Source: Octopus vulgaris (lineage: Eukaryota). From it: 64,000 nucleotides of DNA. A program made the translations under genes and the position numbers. The stretch lies in contig OX597816.1 of the NCBI GenBank assembly GCA_951406725.2, forward strand, positions 63,674,001-63,738,000, in the 5' to 3' direction. Below the pieces are notes generated by a model. It saw nothing but the letters and a program-made list of their open reading frames with translations. It did not search any database and was not told the DNA's origin. Positions 1 to 13,980 of the stretch are shown piece after piece (the stretch's first letter is position 1; each line of letters starts with the position of its first letter).

Positions 1-490
1 TTGTCCGGCGTGCTAACGATTCTGCTAGCTCGCCACCTTACTTCTTATTACAAATTTTGGCACAAGGCTAGCATTTTGGGGGGATGAGTTAAGTCGATTA
101 CATCTATCCAAGAGCTCAATTGGTACTTATTTTATCGACCACGAAAAGATAAAAGGTAAGGCCGACCTTGGCGAAATTTGAAATTAGTGCACGAAGACAA
201 AGAAAATGTCAAACATTTCGCCCGGCGTTCTAACGATTCTGCCAGCTCGCCGCTATGTTTATGCAATGAAACTTTGGCTTTACGTTTTGACACAAGGTCA
301 GCAATTTCGGGCAGGGGTGGCAAGTCGATCACATCAACCTAAGTGTTCAAATGGTACTTATTTTATCGACCCCGAAAGGATGAAAGACAAAGTCGACATC
401 GGCGTAATTTGAACTCAGAACATAAAGACAAACGAAATGCCGTCAAGCAATTTTGCTAGGCGTGCTAAGGATTCTGCCAACTCGCCATCC
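1..490 (-). mobile_element. Three tandem copies of tRNA-derived SINE family B (Meta-domain-like core)
   Basis: Three reverse-complement heads (GGCGAGCTGGCAGAATCGTTAGCACGCCGG) end near 38, 253 and 490. The core GTCGACTTTGCCTTTCATCCTTTCGGGGTCGATAAAATAAGTACC is seen reverse-complemented at ~122-175 and ~353-400. Confidence 0.8.
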
Positions 491-1299
491 TTATTTCTGC
501 AATGAAATATTGATATTCATATCAGGCATCTAACTGAAAGTGGCATTAGAGCATCGGATCTATTGCCTAGGAGTTATCATTATGACTCTCTGCATTCTGA
601 GTTCCATCTCCGTCAATTTTGCTTGCCATTCTTTCGGGGTCTATTAACAAAATATCAATTTAATACTGATGCTATTTTTTTCTTCCTTCCAATTTTCTCC
701 CTGTCTGTCTGTGTATCTGACGAGTTAGATCAAGAGAGTGTGACACTCCGTGGTGTCTGAATGTGCTCGAAACTCTCCGTCTGTTGCGAAGGCCACTCTG
801 CGATACCATGAAAGACTTTAGGGCCCAAAGTAATAAACAAACGTATTATAGACAAAAATAGTCATAATGAAAACCAGTGACAGATGATGCTGTCTTGGTA
901 GTTGGATAGATTACATTCAAGTGTTATAGAATGTCTAGATAATTAATCCTTCGCCTCTTCTATGGAAATATTTTCCTGGCGTCCATACATCATAAGTTTC
1001 TTCAACCACCTGAGCGACTTGAAACTTAAGAAAGGAAATCTTTATATAACTCAGAACAGAACATATAAAGGCTAGCTAAAAGTTCGTAAACAAGTACAGA
1101 CGTACAGACATTTAGGACAAAATTACGAAAATTCTTCGGACCAGCCAAAGGTTAATAAAAAGAAGAATGAGTAGCAGGAGCACAAAATCTTGGGATATGT
1201 ACGTATGTGCCTGAGTGAGTGAGTTGCTACGTGTGTGTGTGTGAGAGAGATAGATAGATAGATAAATAGATAGATAGATAAATAGATAGAAAGATAGAT

Positions 1300-1357
<58 letters not shown>

Positions 1358-3010
1358 AATAACAATTATATCAAATAATTACCATTAACGCATTACTTTT
1401 CATTTCCGGTTTTGTTTTTCAAGGAATCTATATATTGTTGCCTTAACTAACAGTTTTAATAAACAAGAATTGTATAGTTGGATTTTTTGACAGTTCTTTT
1501 CTGGTATTCCTACTATCATTGAATTAAATGTTGAGCTCTTTTCCTCTTTTTGCTGAATTGATGAGAAACAAACAGAGGATCAAATTTCAGGTATCACTTG
1601 CATTGAATTAGTTGCTGTATGATAATTAAAGTAACTGTTAACCAACAAATGATCAATTATGAATTAACTTTAAATGGATATTTGTTTTCAAATGACAAAT
1701 TTGTTTTGTTTTGAATGGTATATCTTAAATCAATTCCACGTTCTTTTAATATTATATTACAGATGGGAAATGGTGGAATTGTTTCTGAATGAGATCATAA
1801 ATCTAATGAACGGTCTAAATGAAGAAATGCAGTCTTGTTGCACTTAAAATTAAGAGAGGGAAAGTATATATTCATAATTGCGTTACTACTGAATTATTCA
1901 TGACACGAACTAACCGTTTGATTAAAATGTCTCAAATAATATTTTATCAATTAATTTTGTGAAATGTGTAAATTTATGTATTATTTTTTGCATTCGTTTC
2001 GCCTTGTATATTTTGGTAAATAGGAAATGTAATCCCAAGAAAGGCACTGATTCACCCGAAGTCATAAAAGTGTTATTAATTGGTTTTTGCTGTCACTTCC
2101 ATATTATCAAGAACAGAGGAAATAAATGACGGCGGCGAAGGAAATGTTATGGTTTAGTGACGTGGAAGTCTGCTTTTACCATTTCTCTTTTTCTTTAGCG
2201 AATATCTCAAATCACAGAAAATAACTTTAAAACCGTTCAAAAGATAAATTTGACGTTTGAGCGAGGAAATGTTTTGAATAATGCATGATAGTTGTTTGAA
2301 AAAGGCATAAAGAAATCAAAAAGTAAAAATATCAACGAATTCTCTCAATAGAAAGATAACGTCACGACTTTTTTTTTTGCCTTTTATATATGTATTTTAT
2401 ATTCTCTGAGTAAGTTTGCTTTATCTGAGAAGAAAGAGGATAACATATGGCATTTTAAAAGAATTTCGAACGCAAATAGAGTTGCTGTCAGGAGGTGAAT
2501 TTATTCCTATATGCTCAGATGATATCAGATTTGAAAGGAAAAGATAAAACAATAAATAAAGTGCTGAAATGTATAGTGTTGAGAAGTTAGCCACGATACA
2601 TTTAAAATGTGATCGAACTGGTTGGCGCTATGGGAAGATGACCGGATTGTGTTTCGTTTATAGAGACTTTCGACTTAGACTTATCTTGATTTGGGCCACT
2701 TTGAAGTTTACGCATTCTGCCTTATAAGCAATACATAAAAGTCACTCCCTACCCAGAGAGAATTAACCACAACAAAGACAAATATAGTTATTTATATACA
2801 TCCTTCCCTAAACATGCAATCTTATATATTTATAAGTATTCTTCTTTACGATTAGGAGCCATGTATCATCTTAAAGGGATCATTCGAAGCTAAGAGAAGG
2901 TAATTTTGTGATAAGGTATGTGCAATAAACGACTGTGAATAGGCTACTATTATTCATCCATACACACATGCACGCACGCACGCACGCATACAGAGATATA
3001 TTATATTATA

Positions 3011-3373
3011 TACATTATTAACATTATTTACATTCGACGGATATTTGTCCTCATCTTGTTTGTTGTTAACACAACGTTTCGGCTGATATGCCCACGGGCA
3101 TATGGCGTAGTAGTTAAGAGCGCGGGCTACTAACTCCAAGATTCCGAGTTCGATTCCAAGTAGTGACCTGAACACTAACAACAACAATAATAATAATAAT
3201 AACATCGAAAAATACCTTAGGAATGAGAACCGAGGTTCGAAATTTCCCCAAGACACCTGAAGAAGGCTGGAGGGTATATCAGCCGAAACGTTGTGTTAAC
3301 AACAAACAAGAGGGGGACAAATATCCGTCGAATGCAAATAATGTACATAATTCTCATCTCTTAAATATAGAAC
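3011..3373 (+). mobile_element. tRNA-Arg-like-headed SINE with hammerhead-ribozyme tail (family E), preceded by an inverted partial tail
   Basis: tRNA-like head 3096-3168 (A box TGGCGTAGTAG, B box GTTCGATTCC), then a (CAA/TAA)n linker and a tail to 3373. Positions 3011-3089 are the reverse complement of tail positions ~3276-3350. Same family at 37509-38810. Confidence 0.85.
3252..3297 (+). ncRNA. Minimal type I hammerhead ribozyme (Penelope type)
   Basis: GACAC-CTGAAGA-A-GGCTG...CAGCC-GAAAC-GTT-GTGTT: stem I GACAC/GTGTT, stem II GGCTG/CAGCC, palindromic AACGTT in place of stem III. Confidence 0.8.
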
Positions 3374-4195
3374 TGTATTATATTATATTATATTATATTA
3401 TATCATATTATATTATGATATGCGATATCTTTTCTGTTGAGAGTTTGAGATAAAGGTTCACAATAAGTGGATTAGAGTTTGTATTAATACTTGTGATATT
3501 AGTCGGTACTAAAAGTAATAAATTTCCAGGTATAAATCAAGATATTTCATTATTTTCTGCTACTTTTTCTTTATCGAGTTATTGAAACCCTGCGGCAAGT
3601 GGGGGAGAGGCTTATGGTCAGTCCCGTAATCTAATTGGTCATCTATTGTTTTGAAAGGCCATGACATTGTTCTGCTTGGTTAATGGATAACCGATAACTT
3701 AAACAACAAAGTAGGCAAAAATATATAAATGTATACAAATAAAATACATGTATGTATATTGTTATAATTGTTTTTTTTTTAATAAATAGACATAATATAA
3801 TGTCTAAAAGTTGATGAATACCACCTCCTGATCCCCTCCATTTTCTTATTGCCGTATAAATTAAGGGCAAAACAACTTTTTACCCTCACCCATTTATTAC
3901 ATTCAGTAGTGTAATTGCCACGCAATAAAAAGCACTTGTGTATTAATAATTGGGTATTCTACCAGCAGTATATTGGATAGATATTATCCCTTAGTTGGTT
4001 GGATTCAAAACCTATAACTCTCTTGGAATTATATATATATATATACATACACACATTTATATATACATATGTATATATATATATATACACACACACACAT
4101 TTATATATATATATATACATACATTTATATATATATGTATACATACATTTATATATATATGTATACATACATTTATATATATATGTATACATACT

Positions 4196-4226
<31 letters not shown>

Positions 4227-4344
4227 GCATGGGCTCCTAAATTCTGTTAGTCCAAAATCAAATGCAGCAACGTATTTAGATGTCCTTTAAAGCTTGTTGG
4301 GAGACCTTAAGTTTAACCTTGATCTGAAGTCCAAGAAATAGTTT

Positions 4345-4705
4345 TCCTTTTACTATTTTAACTATTTCAATCATTGGCCTACACTCGTGCTGGGACTCAA
4401 CCTTGTACGGTTTTAGTCGAGCAAATCGATGACAGTACTTCATTTTTGGCCTGGTGCTTATACAAAATGTTTTTTTGACAAAGATCCTAGCTACGTTGAT
4501 GTAAACAAACCAATACCGGTTGTCAAGCGGCGAGACAATATACACCACGCTCACACACGCATACACTTTCCATCTCCGAAATACCCTCACAAGGCATCAG
4601 TTTGCCCGGGGTTACAATAGCAGACAATTTCCAAGGTGATGCACATTGGATTAAACCCGAAACCATACGGTTGGAAAACATGCTTCTTAACCATACAGCG
4701 GTTCT
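4345..4705 (-). mobile_element. Degenerate SINE family A copy
   Basis: Diverged matches to family A blocks (TTTAGTCGAGCAAATCGA, GGTTGTCAAGCG, CTCACAAGGC, CTTCTTAACCATACAGC). Confidence 0.65.
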
Positions 4706-6520
4706 TGCACATCTGCTGTGAATTTTAACAACCAAAATTGTTGCTACTATGATTGCTGATAAGATATGTTGATAAGGACATTTTTGAAGAATCTAGCAAC
4801 CCAACTCGGCACTTTTTTATATTCTACAATCTATGAAGTCTTTGGAACTTGTCTTTCAAAGATTCTATTAATATAACGGCGTAAGTGTTCGCCATGCCGT
4901 TTAACTTGTTGACGCTTTGGAGAGATTAAATTCATATCACATACCTTTAAATCTAAGTAGAAGTATGCATTCAAATCACGTTACTTTATTTGCAATTCGT
5001 CCTTTACAAAACACGGTATGAAAAGGAATAATGTTGTAAATATATCAAAGAAACTCAACTGCTAAATATGTTTCCCCAAAGTAAAGATAGCATAGTTTAA
5101 GAAGTCTTGCGATTTTTTGTTGTTGTTGTATATAAAGAAACGAAAATAATCCGTGGTTGATTCTCTCTGCATTTGCATTTGCAGACCAATGCAAAAGCAT
5201 AGCAACTATTATCATTTACACCAATCATTCATACATTTGACCAATTTAAAACATAATTTTTATTACTACAAGAAACCACATCTATAATTGGCATTTTAAC
5301 GATCCGGTTAAATCACGGGTATATATTTTCTTCCCTCCTCTTATAAGCATCAAGAGATAAGAAAAGAAATTCTCACGAGAGGACGGAAAGAAATACCACA
5401 AGGCAATTTACCTCAAAATTCTTCAATTTCTGTTACTAAGTAGTAGGTCTTTTGTGCTGTTCATATTGAAAGAGTGCTTAAAGTAAAATATAATTTTCTG
5501 TGAGATAATTTTTTGAATGCATTAGTAAAAGTAAAATTTAAATTCAGACATAAAAGCACAATTAAAATTTAATTAATCATATTGTAGACAACTTAATTTG
5601 CTGAATATTTTAATTCGTTTTTTATACACCGATTTCTTTTTTATTGCAAACAATTTTATATAAAAAAGAAATAACATTACAACCAGCTTCAGCATAATAT
5701 TTAGATTTATTTGATAAAATCTCTAGGAAGTAGAGACGTAAAGTATCATTTTTCACGGCCTAAAGAACAACTAATAGACCATTTTGTCTCTTGGTTTTTA
5801 TGGCATTAAAATTTAAGACGATAAAATATTAGATTATTTATTTTGTATGCAAATAACTTCTCACTTGCATTGATAACCTTCTTTCATTCTGATTTTCTGT
5901 TTTTTTTTCTCAGTTTGTGAGTAAGAAAGGAATCGAAAGATAAAACTTGCATTAAAGCAATTGAAACAGAAGATCTGATCAATGTATTTGTGACATGAAG
6001 ATGCATTATTTAATAATTGAGACAGTTGAAAGCATGAGTTGTTTCCCATTTGTACCGAGGGCAGAATGAAATTGTTTGGACGACGACCCACTTACTGAAC
6101 AGGTCACTTCCTCTCTGACGATATAAAGGATCAATTGTTTAATGCCTTATAATAGCAATTAGTAACAATAGCAAAGGACAGTTTTATTGTAGTTTGGAAT
6201 CTTTACAATACGAGATAACAGCATTATACTTTTATCTTGCTATCTCAACAACAAGGAGGGGAAAATGAACAAAGACACTGAAAGCAACAACACTAATCTC
6301 TAAAATCGTATTTGGATATGTGTATGTAGCATTGCAGATAATGCATTAGCATTACTAATAAGGAAGCTAAATCACTTTGCTACCACGTGACTTCGAGTTC
6401 AGTCCCACTGTGTGGCACCTTGGGCAAGAGACTTGCATTATATCTCCCACCGATTAATGCCTTTTGAATGAATCTAGAAAACGGAAACTGCATAAAAACC
6501 CGTCGTGTATATATATAAAT

Positions 6521-6551
<31 letters not shown>

Positions 6552-6832
6552 GGGGGAGAGTAAGAAGAAAAATAAGTGAAATTGGAAATCAAAAAGTAAA
6601 GGCTTTTTATGAAAAGTAATGATAGATATATACAATTAGATGAACTGAGGTAGGAATAAAAGTAATAAAATTCATTATTGTGAATTGTGAAAGAGATTTA
6701 ACAATTCACAATAATGACTTTTATTACTTTTATTCCTACCTCAGTTCATCTAATTGTATATATCTTTCATTACTTTTCATACTTTTTTGATTTCCAATGT
6801 GCATTTTCACTTATTTTTATTCTTACTTTCCC
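6552..6832. repeat. Long fold-back inverted repeat (~135-bp arms, 12-nt loop)
   Basis: 6552-6688 is the near-perfect reverse complement of 6701-6832 (e.g. GATGAACTGAGGTAGGAATAAAAGTAATAAAA / TTTTATTACTTTTATTCCTACCTCAGTTCATC). Confidence 0.9.
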
Positions 6833-6886
6833 TTTTCTTCTTACATTTCCACGTGTAGTTTCTATTTTCTTTTTGTAACATATTTC

Positions 6887-6939
<53 letters not shown>

Positions 6940-7539
6940 CCAAATTAATAAAAACAGCTGTTTGGAACGTTATACCGCAAAGGAAAACTAAATTTGACTA
7001 AGGGTGTGAATAATACCTACGTTGCTAGAAATAGGAGCTAAAATGTTACAAAGCACATAACATATACTCTGATAGTGGCTGCAATCGCCCCGAACACTGA
7101 ATTGAGAACTCCTTAGACTAACCGGTCAGTTTCAGCTATTTCCGCAGCCATTGATCGTTCGGTGGATTCCTGGCTACCTGGCCTATAAAAGCTATGGCTG
7201 ATTTAGCAGATCGCAATGTGTATACAAAAAATTAATAAAAATATCTGTTTGTAATGTTATATCGTAAAAGAAAATTAGAGTCGTCAACTATGAATGCGAA
7301 TAGCACCTACATTGCTAGAACTAGGAGCTAAAATAGGTATATAATCTTGGTAATAACTGTATAGTGCCTTTCCAAAGCTCCTCTCCGAGTATCGGCCTTG
7401 AAATGGTATATATTAAGAACTCTCCTGTTACTGGATATATATGTAGCATGCATACACCTATTGTTGGATCATAATTGATATAATACTGCTCATGATATAT
7501 GTAACATTCAGCAATTAACAGGAAATAATTTTGAGTTGA

Positions 7540-7990
7540 AACATCTGTGTTGATTTGCAATAAAACCTGTTCAATCCATCTTGATCAAAACTCTATCTTG
7601 TGTCCAGTTAACACTACACCTGGTAGCAGTTCCTCCTCCAGGGTTCGCACCTTCTGGCCCACGGCTACCTCTATTTCCTTGACAGCCAACCTGATGGTCG
7701 TCTGTCTATTGGTCGCTGTAATTCCAAGCATGTTGTACACTCTGCAGAAGGACTGCCCTGCATAACATCTGTATTTTATCTCGATAGGCTCACATCTTTC
7801 TTGCCACCATTCCTTTGGTATAGCTCCTCCAGCTTGTTACATTTCCTTTTCTTGCACTCATTTGCGCCCACGATGTGATTCTTCCAGAGAATGAAGTGTT
7901 CTGACCGCACTACCTGTTTGGATGTTTCTAAGATCAGTGTCATATCCGGCCTAAATAATGTTCAGGCTACAGTTTCTGGAAACATTGGCT
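7540..7990 (-). pseudogene. 3' fragment of a Hero-clade non-LTR retrotransposon (restriction-like endonuclease)
   Basis: Manual translation across frameshifts: RPDMTLILETSKQVVRSEHFILWKNHIVGANECKKRKCNKLEELYQRNG..RCEPIEIKYRCYAGQSFCRVYNMLGIT. This resembles the Hero RLE pattern RPD..ELTVPWE..EPIEVGCRGF. Confidence 0.75.
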
Positions 7991-8214
7991 GCATAGCAAA
8001 TCAAATACACCCCGTTAGTGTATTCTCGAAGAACCATAAGACCACATAAATTAATAATATAATATTGCAATTTTAATTCTATCTCAAGGAGCTCTATTTG
8101 CAACTAGAAAGTATATAATTCATTATGAAGACAGTTTGTAAATAAGTACAGAAAAATAAAACAGAATTTTGCACTTAACAACAGGTCGAGTTTTTATGGA
8201 GTATCACTGTACTG

Positions 8215-8455
8215 TTGTATCGATCAGATTGTCAGATGATGTTAAATATTGCTGGTCACAATGCGCTTCTGCGCATTGTTGTAACTTTTGAAGGATGCTA
8301 CTGCGCTGGCCAGGGTGGGCAGGCCAACACTTCTACCGAATGGCACGTCGCAGAATTACTCACGGTTGAGTGAACTGAAACAAGATGAGATAATGGTTAT
8401 GTTCAAGAACACAACACACTGCTGGTCTGGGAAATGAAACCACAATCTTGCAATG
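8215..8455 (-). mobile_element. SINE family D copy (tail shared with the SINE at 30087-30366)
   Basis: Reverse-complement head/body (CAAGAACACAACACAC, GGTTGAGTGAACTGAAACAA). Tail GCTGGTCACAATGCGCTTC is the reverse complement of GAAGCGCATTGTGACCAGC at ~30301. Confidence 0.65.
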
Positions 8456-9477
8456 CATTTCCAAATCTGAAATCAAATACAGTTCAGTATTTTATTTGAA
8501 AGGAACTTTAAGACCACGAACGTAATAAAATTTTGTCATTTCAATTCTGCTTCAAGGAGTTCTAAGAAATTTCTCTAAACGATGTTCTTTACTTTCAGAA
8601 AATATATCAGTTACTATCAAAACTGTATGTAAATAAGAGCAGAAAGACAAACAACAACTAACTCATCATTATCTCTTAATGCAATAAATTTGATATTTTT
8701 GTAGGAATTTTTTATTACGCAATAAACAATAAAACATACATGATTGCCCATATAGCGATATAATAATGTAATCTGAAATACAATCCATTGGTTTTAATCT
8801 GACTATAATGTATTTAAGCAACACTGTGATATGCTTAATCTTAGAAATATCCATTATAAAAAAAATATGCCATCTTAATTATGGAAATATATGTTTCTGT
8901 CGCTCCTAAGATATTCGGTCATACATGACAGTTTAATCTTTTTGTAAAGAATATGCAATCACAATAAAATTTATTGATTGATGTCCACTGGAAAGTTTGT
9001 GGGAATATAATAATACAAAGTTATAAAATTCATATCACAATGTTTATGGTAAATCTTGATTTATATTCTTCATTGAAACTACTTTGGGTGATTACAAAGT
9101 AATGGAAGAGAGCCAAGTAAGTTTCATTCTTGAAAGTAAAACATATATACATAAAAAGAAAAAGATAAACTTCACAAGAAGCTTGTTGATTATATTCGAT
9201 ATGACATTTATTAAATTTAGTAAACACCATCTTATTGTCCATGAACTTAAGATAAGGAAAGTTGTGTGTATAGTTCTTTTTTTCTTTATAAAACTTGAAG
9301 TAAGTAGTTGAATGAATGAGGAATACAAAACACAGAGGTAGGAAACGAGAGAATGGCGAAGAAAACGAAAAGGAACAAAACGATTAAGAAGAAAGAATCA
9401 GGTGAGTTATATATCCATTCTTATATACTAATATAAGAAATATTATGTGTATGTACATGATGTATATGTACGTCAAT

Positions 9478-9574
<97 letters not shown>

Positions 9575-9622
9575 TACATCTCTCTCTATATATATACACA
9601 TTTATATATATATATATATATA

Positions 9623-10169
<547 letters not shown>

Positions 10170-10284
10170 CATATATATACATATATATATATATGTATAC
10201 ATTTTTATATATGTATACATAAATTATACATCTATATATATACATCTATATATATATATATACATCTATATATACATATATATA

Positions 10285-10324
<40 letters not shown>

Positions 10325-10532
10325 TATATATGTATATATATATATATACATCTATCTATCTATCTATCTATCTATCTATATATATATACATCTATCTATC
10401 TATCTATCTATATATATATATATATATATACATCTATCTATCTATCTATCTATATATATATACATCTATATATCTATATGTATATGTATATATACATCTA
10501 TCTATTTATCTATCTATATATATATATATATA

Positions 10533-10703
10533 GGCGCAGGAGTGGCTGTGTGGTAAGTAGCTTGTTTACCAACCACATGCTTCTGGGTTCAGTCCCACTG
10601 CATAGCAACTTGGCCAAGTGTCTTCTACGATAGCCCCGGGCCGACCAAAGCCTTGTGAGTGGATTTGGTAGACGGAAACTGAAAGAAGCCCGTCGTATAT
10701 ATG

Positions 10704-10740
<37 letters not shown>

Positions 10741-10947
10741 TTGTGTGTCTGCGTTTGTCCCCCTAGCATTGCTTGACAACCGATGCTGATGTGTTTATGT
10801 CCCCGTTACTTAACGGTTCGGCAAAAGAGACCGATAAAATAAGTACTGGGCTTACAAAAGAATAAGTCCCGGGATCGAGTTGCTCGATTAAAAGCAGTGC
10901 ACCAGCATGGCCACAGTCAAAATGACTGAAACAAGTAAAAGAGTAAA

Positions 10948-10950
<3 letters not shown>
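10533..10950 (+). mobile_element. Full-length tRNA-derived SINE family A (octopus OK/OR-like by recall)
   Basis: Head GGCGCAGGAGTGGCTGTGTGGTAAG...GGTTCAGTCCC, internal (AT)n(GT)n, tail GCATGGCCACAGTCAAAATGACTGAAACAAGTAAAAGAG. Confidence 0.9.
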
Positions 10951-10993
<43 letters not shown>

Positions 10994-11431
10994 TGAGGGA
11001 ATACAAATCCAAACGTACAGGGAAAAAAATCAATTTAGAAATATTAAATGTATATATATATATATTCGAAGATCATGGTGGAGAACTCTCACGTGTCAAA
11101 GGTTGCCTAGCACGGGTTAGATGGTCTTAAGAAGCGGGGCAAAACTTCCAGAAAAGTTGCTGTTTCTGTCGTTGTAGTCGAACACGATCACACACACACA
11201 CACATATTATATGCATATATACACATATATATATATATTCACTTGTGTGAATATTTATGTATATATACATTTATAAGCCCGCAAAGGTCATGTATATAAG
11301 TCAAAAAGTTCAGTGCTATTTACGGCGGACAGTTTTTCGTTTTTCGTTTTTAGAGGGATAGGAGAGATACAGAAAGAGAACGAGAGATAGAGAGGAGGAA
11401 AGTGGGTGAGAGAGTGAGAGGCCGAGAGACA

Positions 11432-11475
<44 letters not shown>

Positions 11476-11593
11476 CAGAGAGACAGACAAAGAGCGAGAG
11501 AGAAAGCTGAACAGAAAGGCAGAAAGGAAAAAGTTTATTTTGTTTTTGCTTGGCTCTTTTTCTGGTTATAACTTTTTCTTTTATTTTACCTAA

Positions 11594-12100
11594 AGGCGCA
11601 GGAGTGGCTGTGTGTTAAGTAGCTTGCTTGCCAACCACATGGTTCCAGGTTCATTCCCACTCCGTGGCATCTTGGGCAAGTGTCTTCTACTATAGCCTCG
11701 GGCCGACCAAAGCCTTGTGAGTGAATTTGGTAGACGGAAACTGAAAGAAGCTCGTCGTATATATGTATATATACATACATACATATAAATACATATATAT
11801 ACATACATACATGCATACATATATATATATACATACAAACATACAAACATACCTACATATATACATATATATATATATATATGTATGTATGTATGTGTGT
11901 GTATGTATGTGTGTGTGTATATATGTTTGTGTCTGTGTTTGTCCACCAGCATCGCTTGACAACCGATGGTGGTGTGTTTACGTTCCCGTAACTTAGTGGT
12001 TCGGCAAGAGAGACCGGTAGAATAAGTACTAGGCTTCCAAAGAATAAGTCCTGGGTTCGATTTGCTCGACTAAAGGCGGTGCTCCAGCATGGCCGCAGTT
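11594..12100 (+). mobile_element. SINE family A copy with expanded internal microsatellite
   Basis: Same head and tail blocks as 10533-10950. Confidence 0.9.
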
Positions 12101-12544
12101 GCTTCTTGTTATTGAGCAGACGACAGACATTTCTGGCAATTGTCACTAAACCAAAGTTTTGTAAGTTAGCAGAGATGTTAGAGTCTCAGACAAATTACAA
12201 TGCGGATATTTCTTACGGTTCCTATATTTTGAGTTCAAATTTCGCTGAAGTTATTTTTGTCTTTCAGCCATTACGTGCTCAATAAAATCACGTACTGTGA
12301 TCTAACCACTCCTCGTAAGATAAGATAGCAACATAAACTGTTGGCTTTGTTAAATCTGGATTCTCAAAAGTACTGCCATTTCAAGTGAGTATCTTGTGTC
12401 GCTAAAGTTCTCTTTAATATTACGAGAAACACGATACTTGTCCTACAAGCCGATCATTGTGAAACCACCTAGTGTTATGTATGGCGTCCTATCGACCCAT
12501 ATATTTAATGACACACATTTTCACAAGAATTCATACTTATATCT

Positions 12545-13065
12545 TCTATCCTTTATTTGTTTTTGCCATTAGACTGCAGCCATGCTGGGAGACAGCCTCA
12601 AAGCCTTTTGTTTTTAGTCGAACATATCAAATCCAGTTATTATTTTTAGAGTCTGGTACACATTCTATCTCTTATTTACTTTTACCGAATTGGTATGTTG
12701 CTGGGATGTAAACAAACCAAAACTAGTTGTCATGTTTGTGGGGTAGAGCTAAACACAGACGCAAACACACACGCACACACATATATACGATGGTTTCCAT
12801 CTACCAATTTCACTCACAAGGTTATTGGTGGGTCCGTGGCTATAGTAGAGGACAGTTGCTTGTGTGAACAGACGCAAAAAGCAATTTTACATACACACAC
12901 ACACACACACACGCACACCTGATTCTGCATAGTTTCTGTCTATCACATTCTCCCCAAAAGCATCGCTCGGAGACAAAGAAGACACTTGCTCAAGGTGCCG
13001 CTCAGTTGGGCGGAACCCGTAACCACGTGGAAGCAAAGCGAGCCTCTTAACCACATATCCACATC
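12545..13065 (-). mobile_element. Two degenerate SINE family A copies
   Basis: Reverse-complement family A blocks (CAGCCATGCTGG, TCTACCAATTTCACTCACAAGG, GAAGACACTTGCTCAAGGTGCC). Confidence 0.65.
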
Positions 13066-13621
13066 TTAGAATAAACCCTACGATTGTATCTCTTTATTGC
13101 ACGTATTGGTTACCTGCTGAGATGTTAAGATCTTTGATGCTGTGGTTGTTGTGGTGGTTTGTTTTGGGCCCGATGTCTTCCAGTTTCTCAACAAGCACAT
13201 GTTCAAAAGCATTTCAGGTTTGACTATCAAGTCTTCTTAGGTCTATTATATGACTGCACTGTATTATAATGTGCCATTTCTTTTCTTTTGATTAAAGATT
13301 GTGCTTTCAGGGAGATTGGTTGCACTTTCTTGCAGGTAGATCAACAATGGAGGATTTAATTCGACACTATGTTTAACACCGTTACTTGAAGTTGGGTAAT
13401 CTTAACGGGGTCTACTTTGTTGCGAGCATTTCTACTATGTTACCTGAGAAGAAGGAAGGATCCTCCTTCCTTCCCATCTCACTTTCTCTTTGTCTCTATC
13501 TGCCTGTCTCCCTCACATTAGTTTCGGCGGTCTTGTCAAAAGTCAAAGACGCTGTTCTTCAGTCCCTGATTAAAAAAAAGAGTACTTTACTGGCATAATT
13601 ACTGTATTCTGTTTCAATATA

Positions 13622-13980
13622 TATTTCTTTACTACCCACAAGGGGCTAAACACAGAGGGGACAAAAAAGGACAGACAAAGGGATTAAGTCGATTACATCG
13701 ACCCCAGTGCGTAATTGGTACTTAATTTATCAACCCCGAAAGGAATTCTGTTTTAATATAATTACAGAAGTTAAGGCAACGAATTGGCAGAATCGTTAGC
13801 ACTCCTGGCAAAATGCTCAGAGGTATTTCATCTGTCTTTACATTCTGAGATCAAATGCCGCTGAGGGCGACTTTGCCTTTCATTCTTTCGGAATCGGTAA
13901 AATAAGTACCAGCAGAACATTGTGATCGACTTAACACCTCCTCCGAAATCACTGGTCTTCTGCCAAAATTTGAAACCAGT
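13622..13980. mobile_element. Two SINE family B copies in opposite orientation
   Basis: Minus-strand tail/core at 13622-13745; plus-strand head GGCAACGAATTGGCAGAATCGTTAGCAC and core at 13775-13980. Confidence 0.75.

Noticed and set aside
1020-1200. Sequence shared with ~15750-15960 (GACATTT.GGACAAAATTACGAAAAT)
   Set aside because: Appears to be an ordinary old dispersed repeat; ends and class cannot be defined here.
3096-3168. Functional tRNA gene (also at 47317-47390 and the family A heads)
   Set aside because: Acceptor and T stems pair poorly, and each head is fused to a repeated SINE body.
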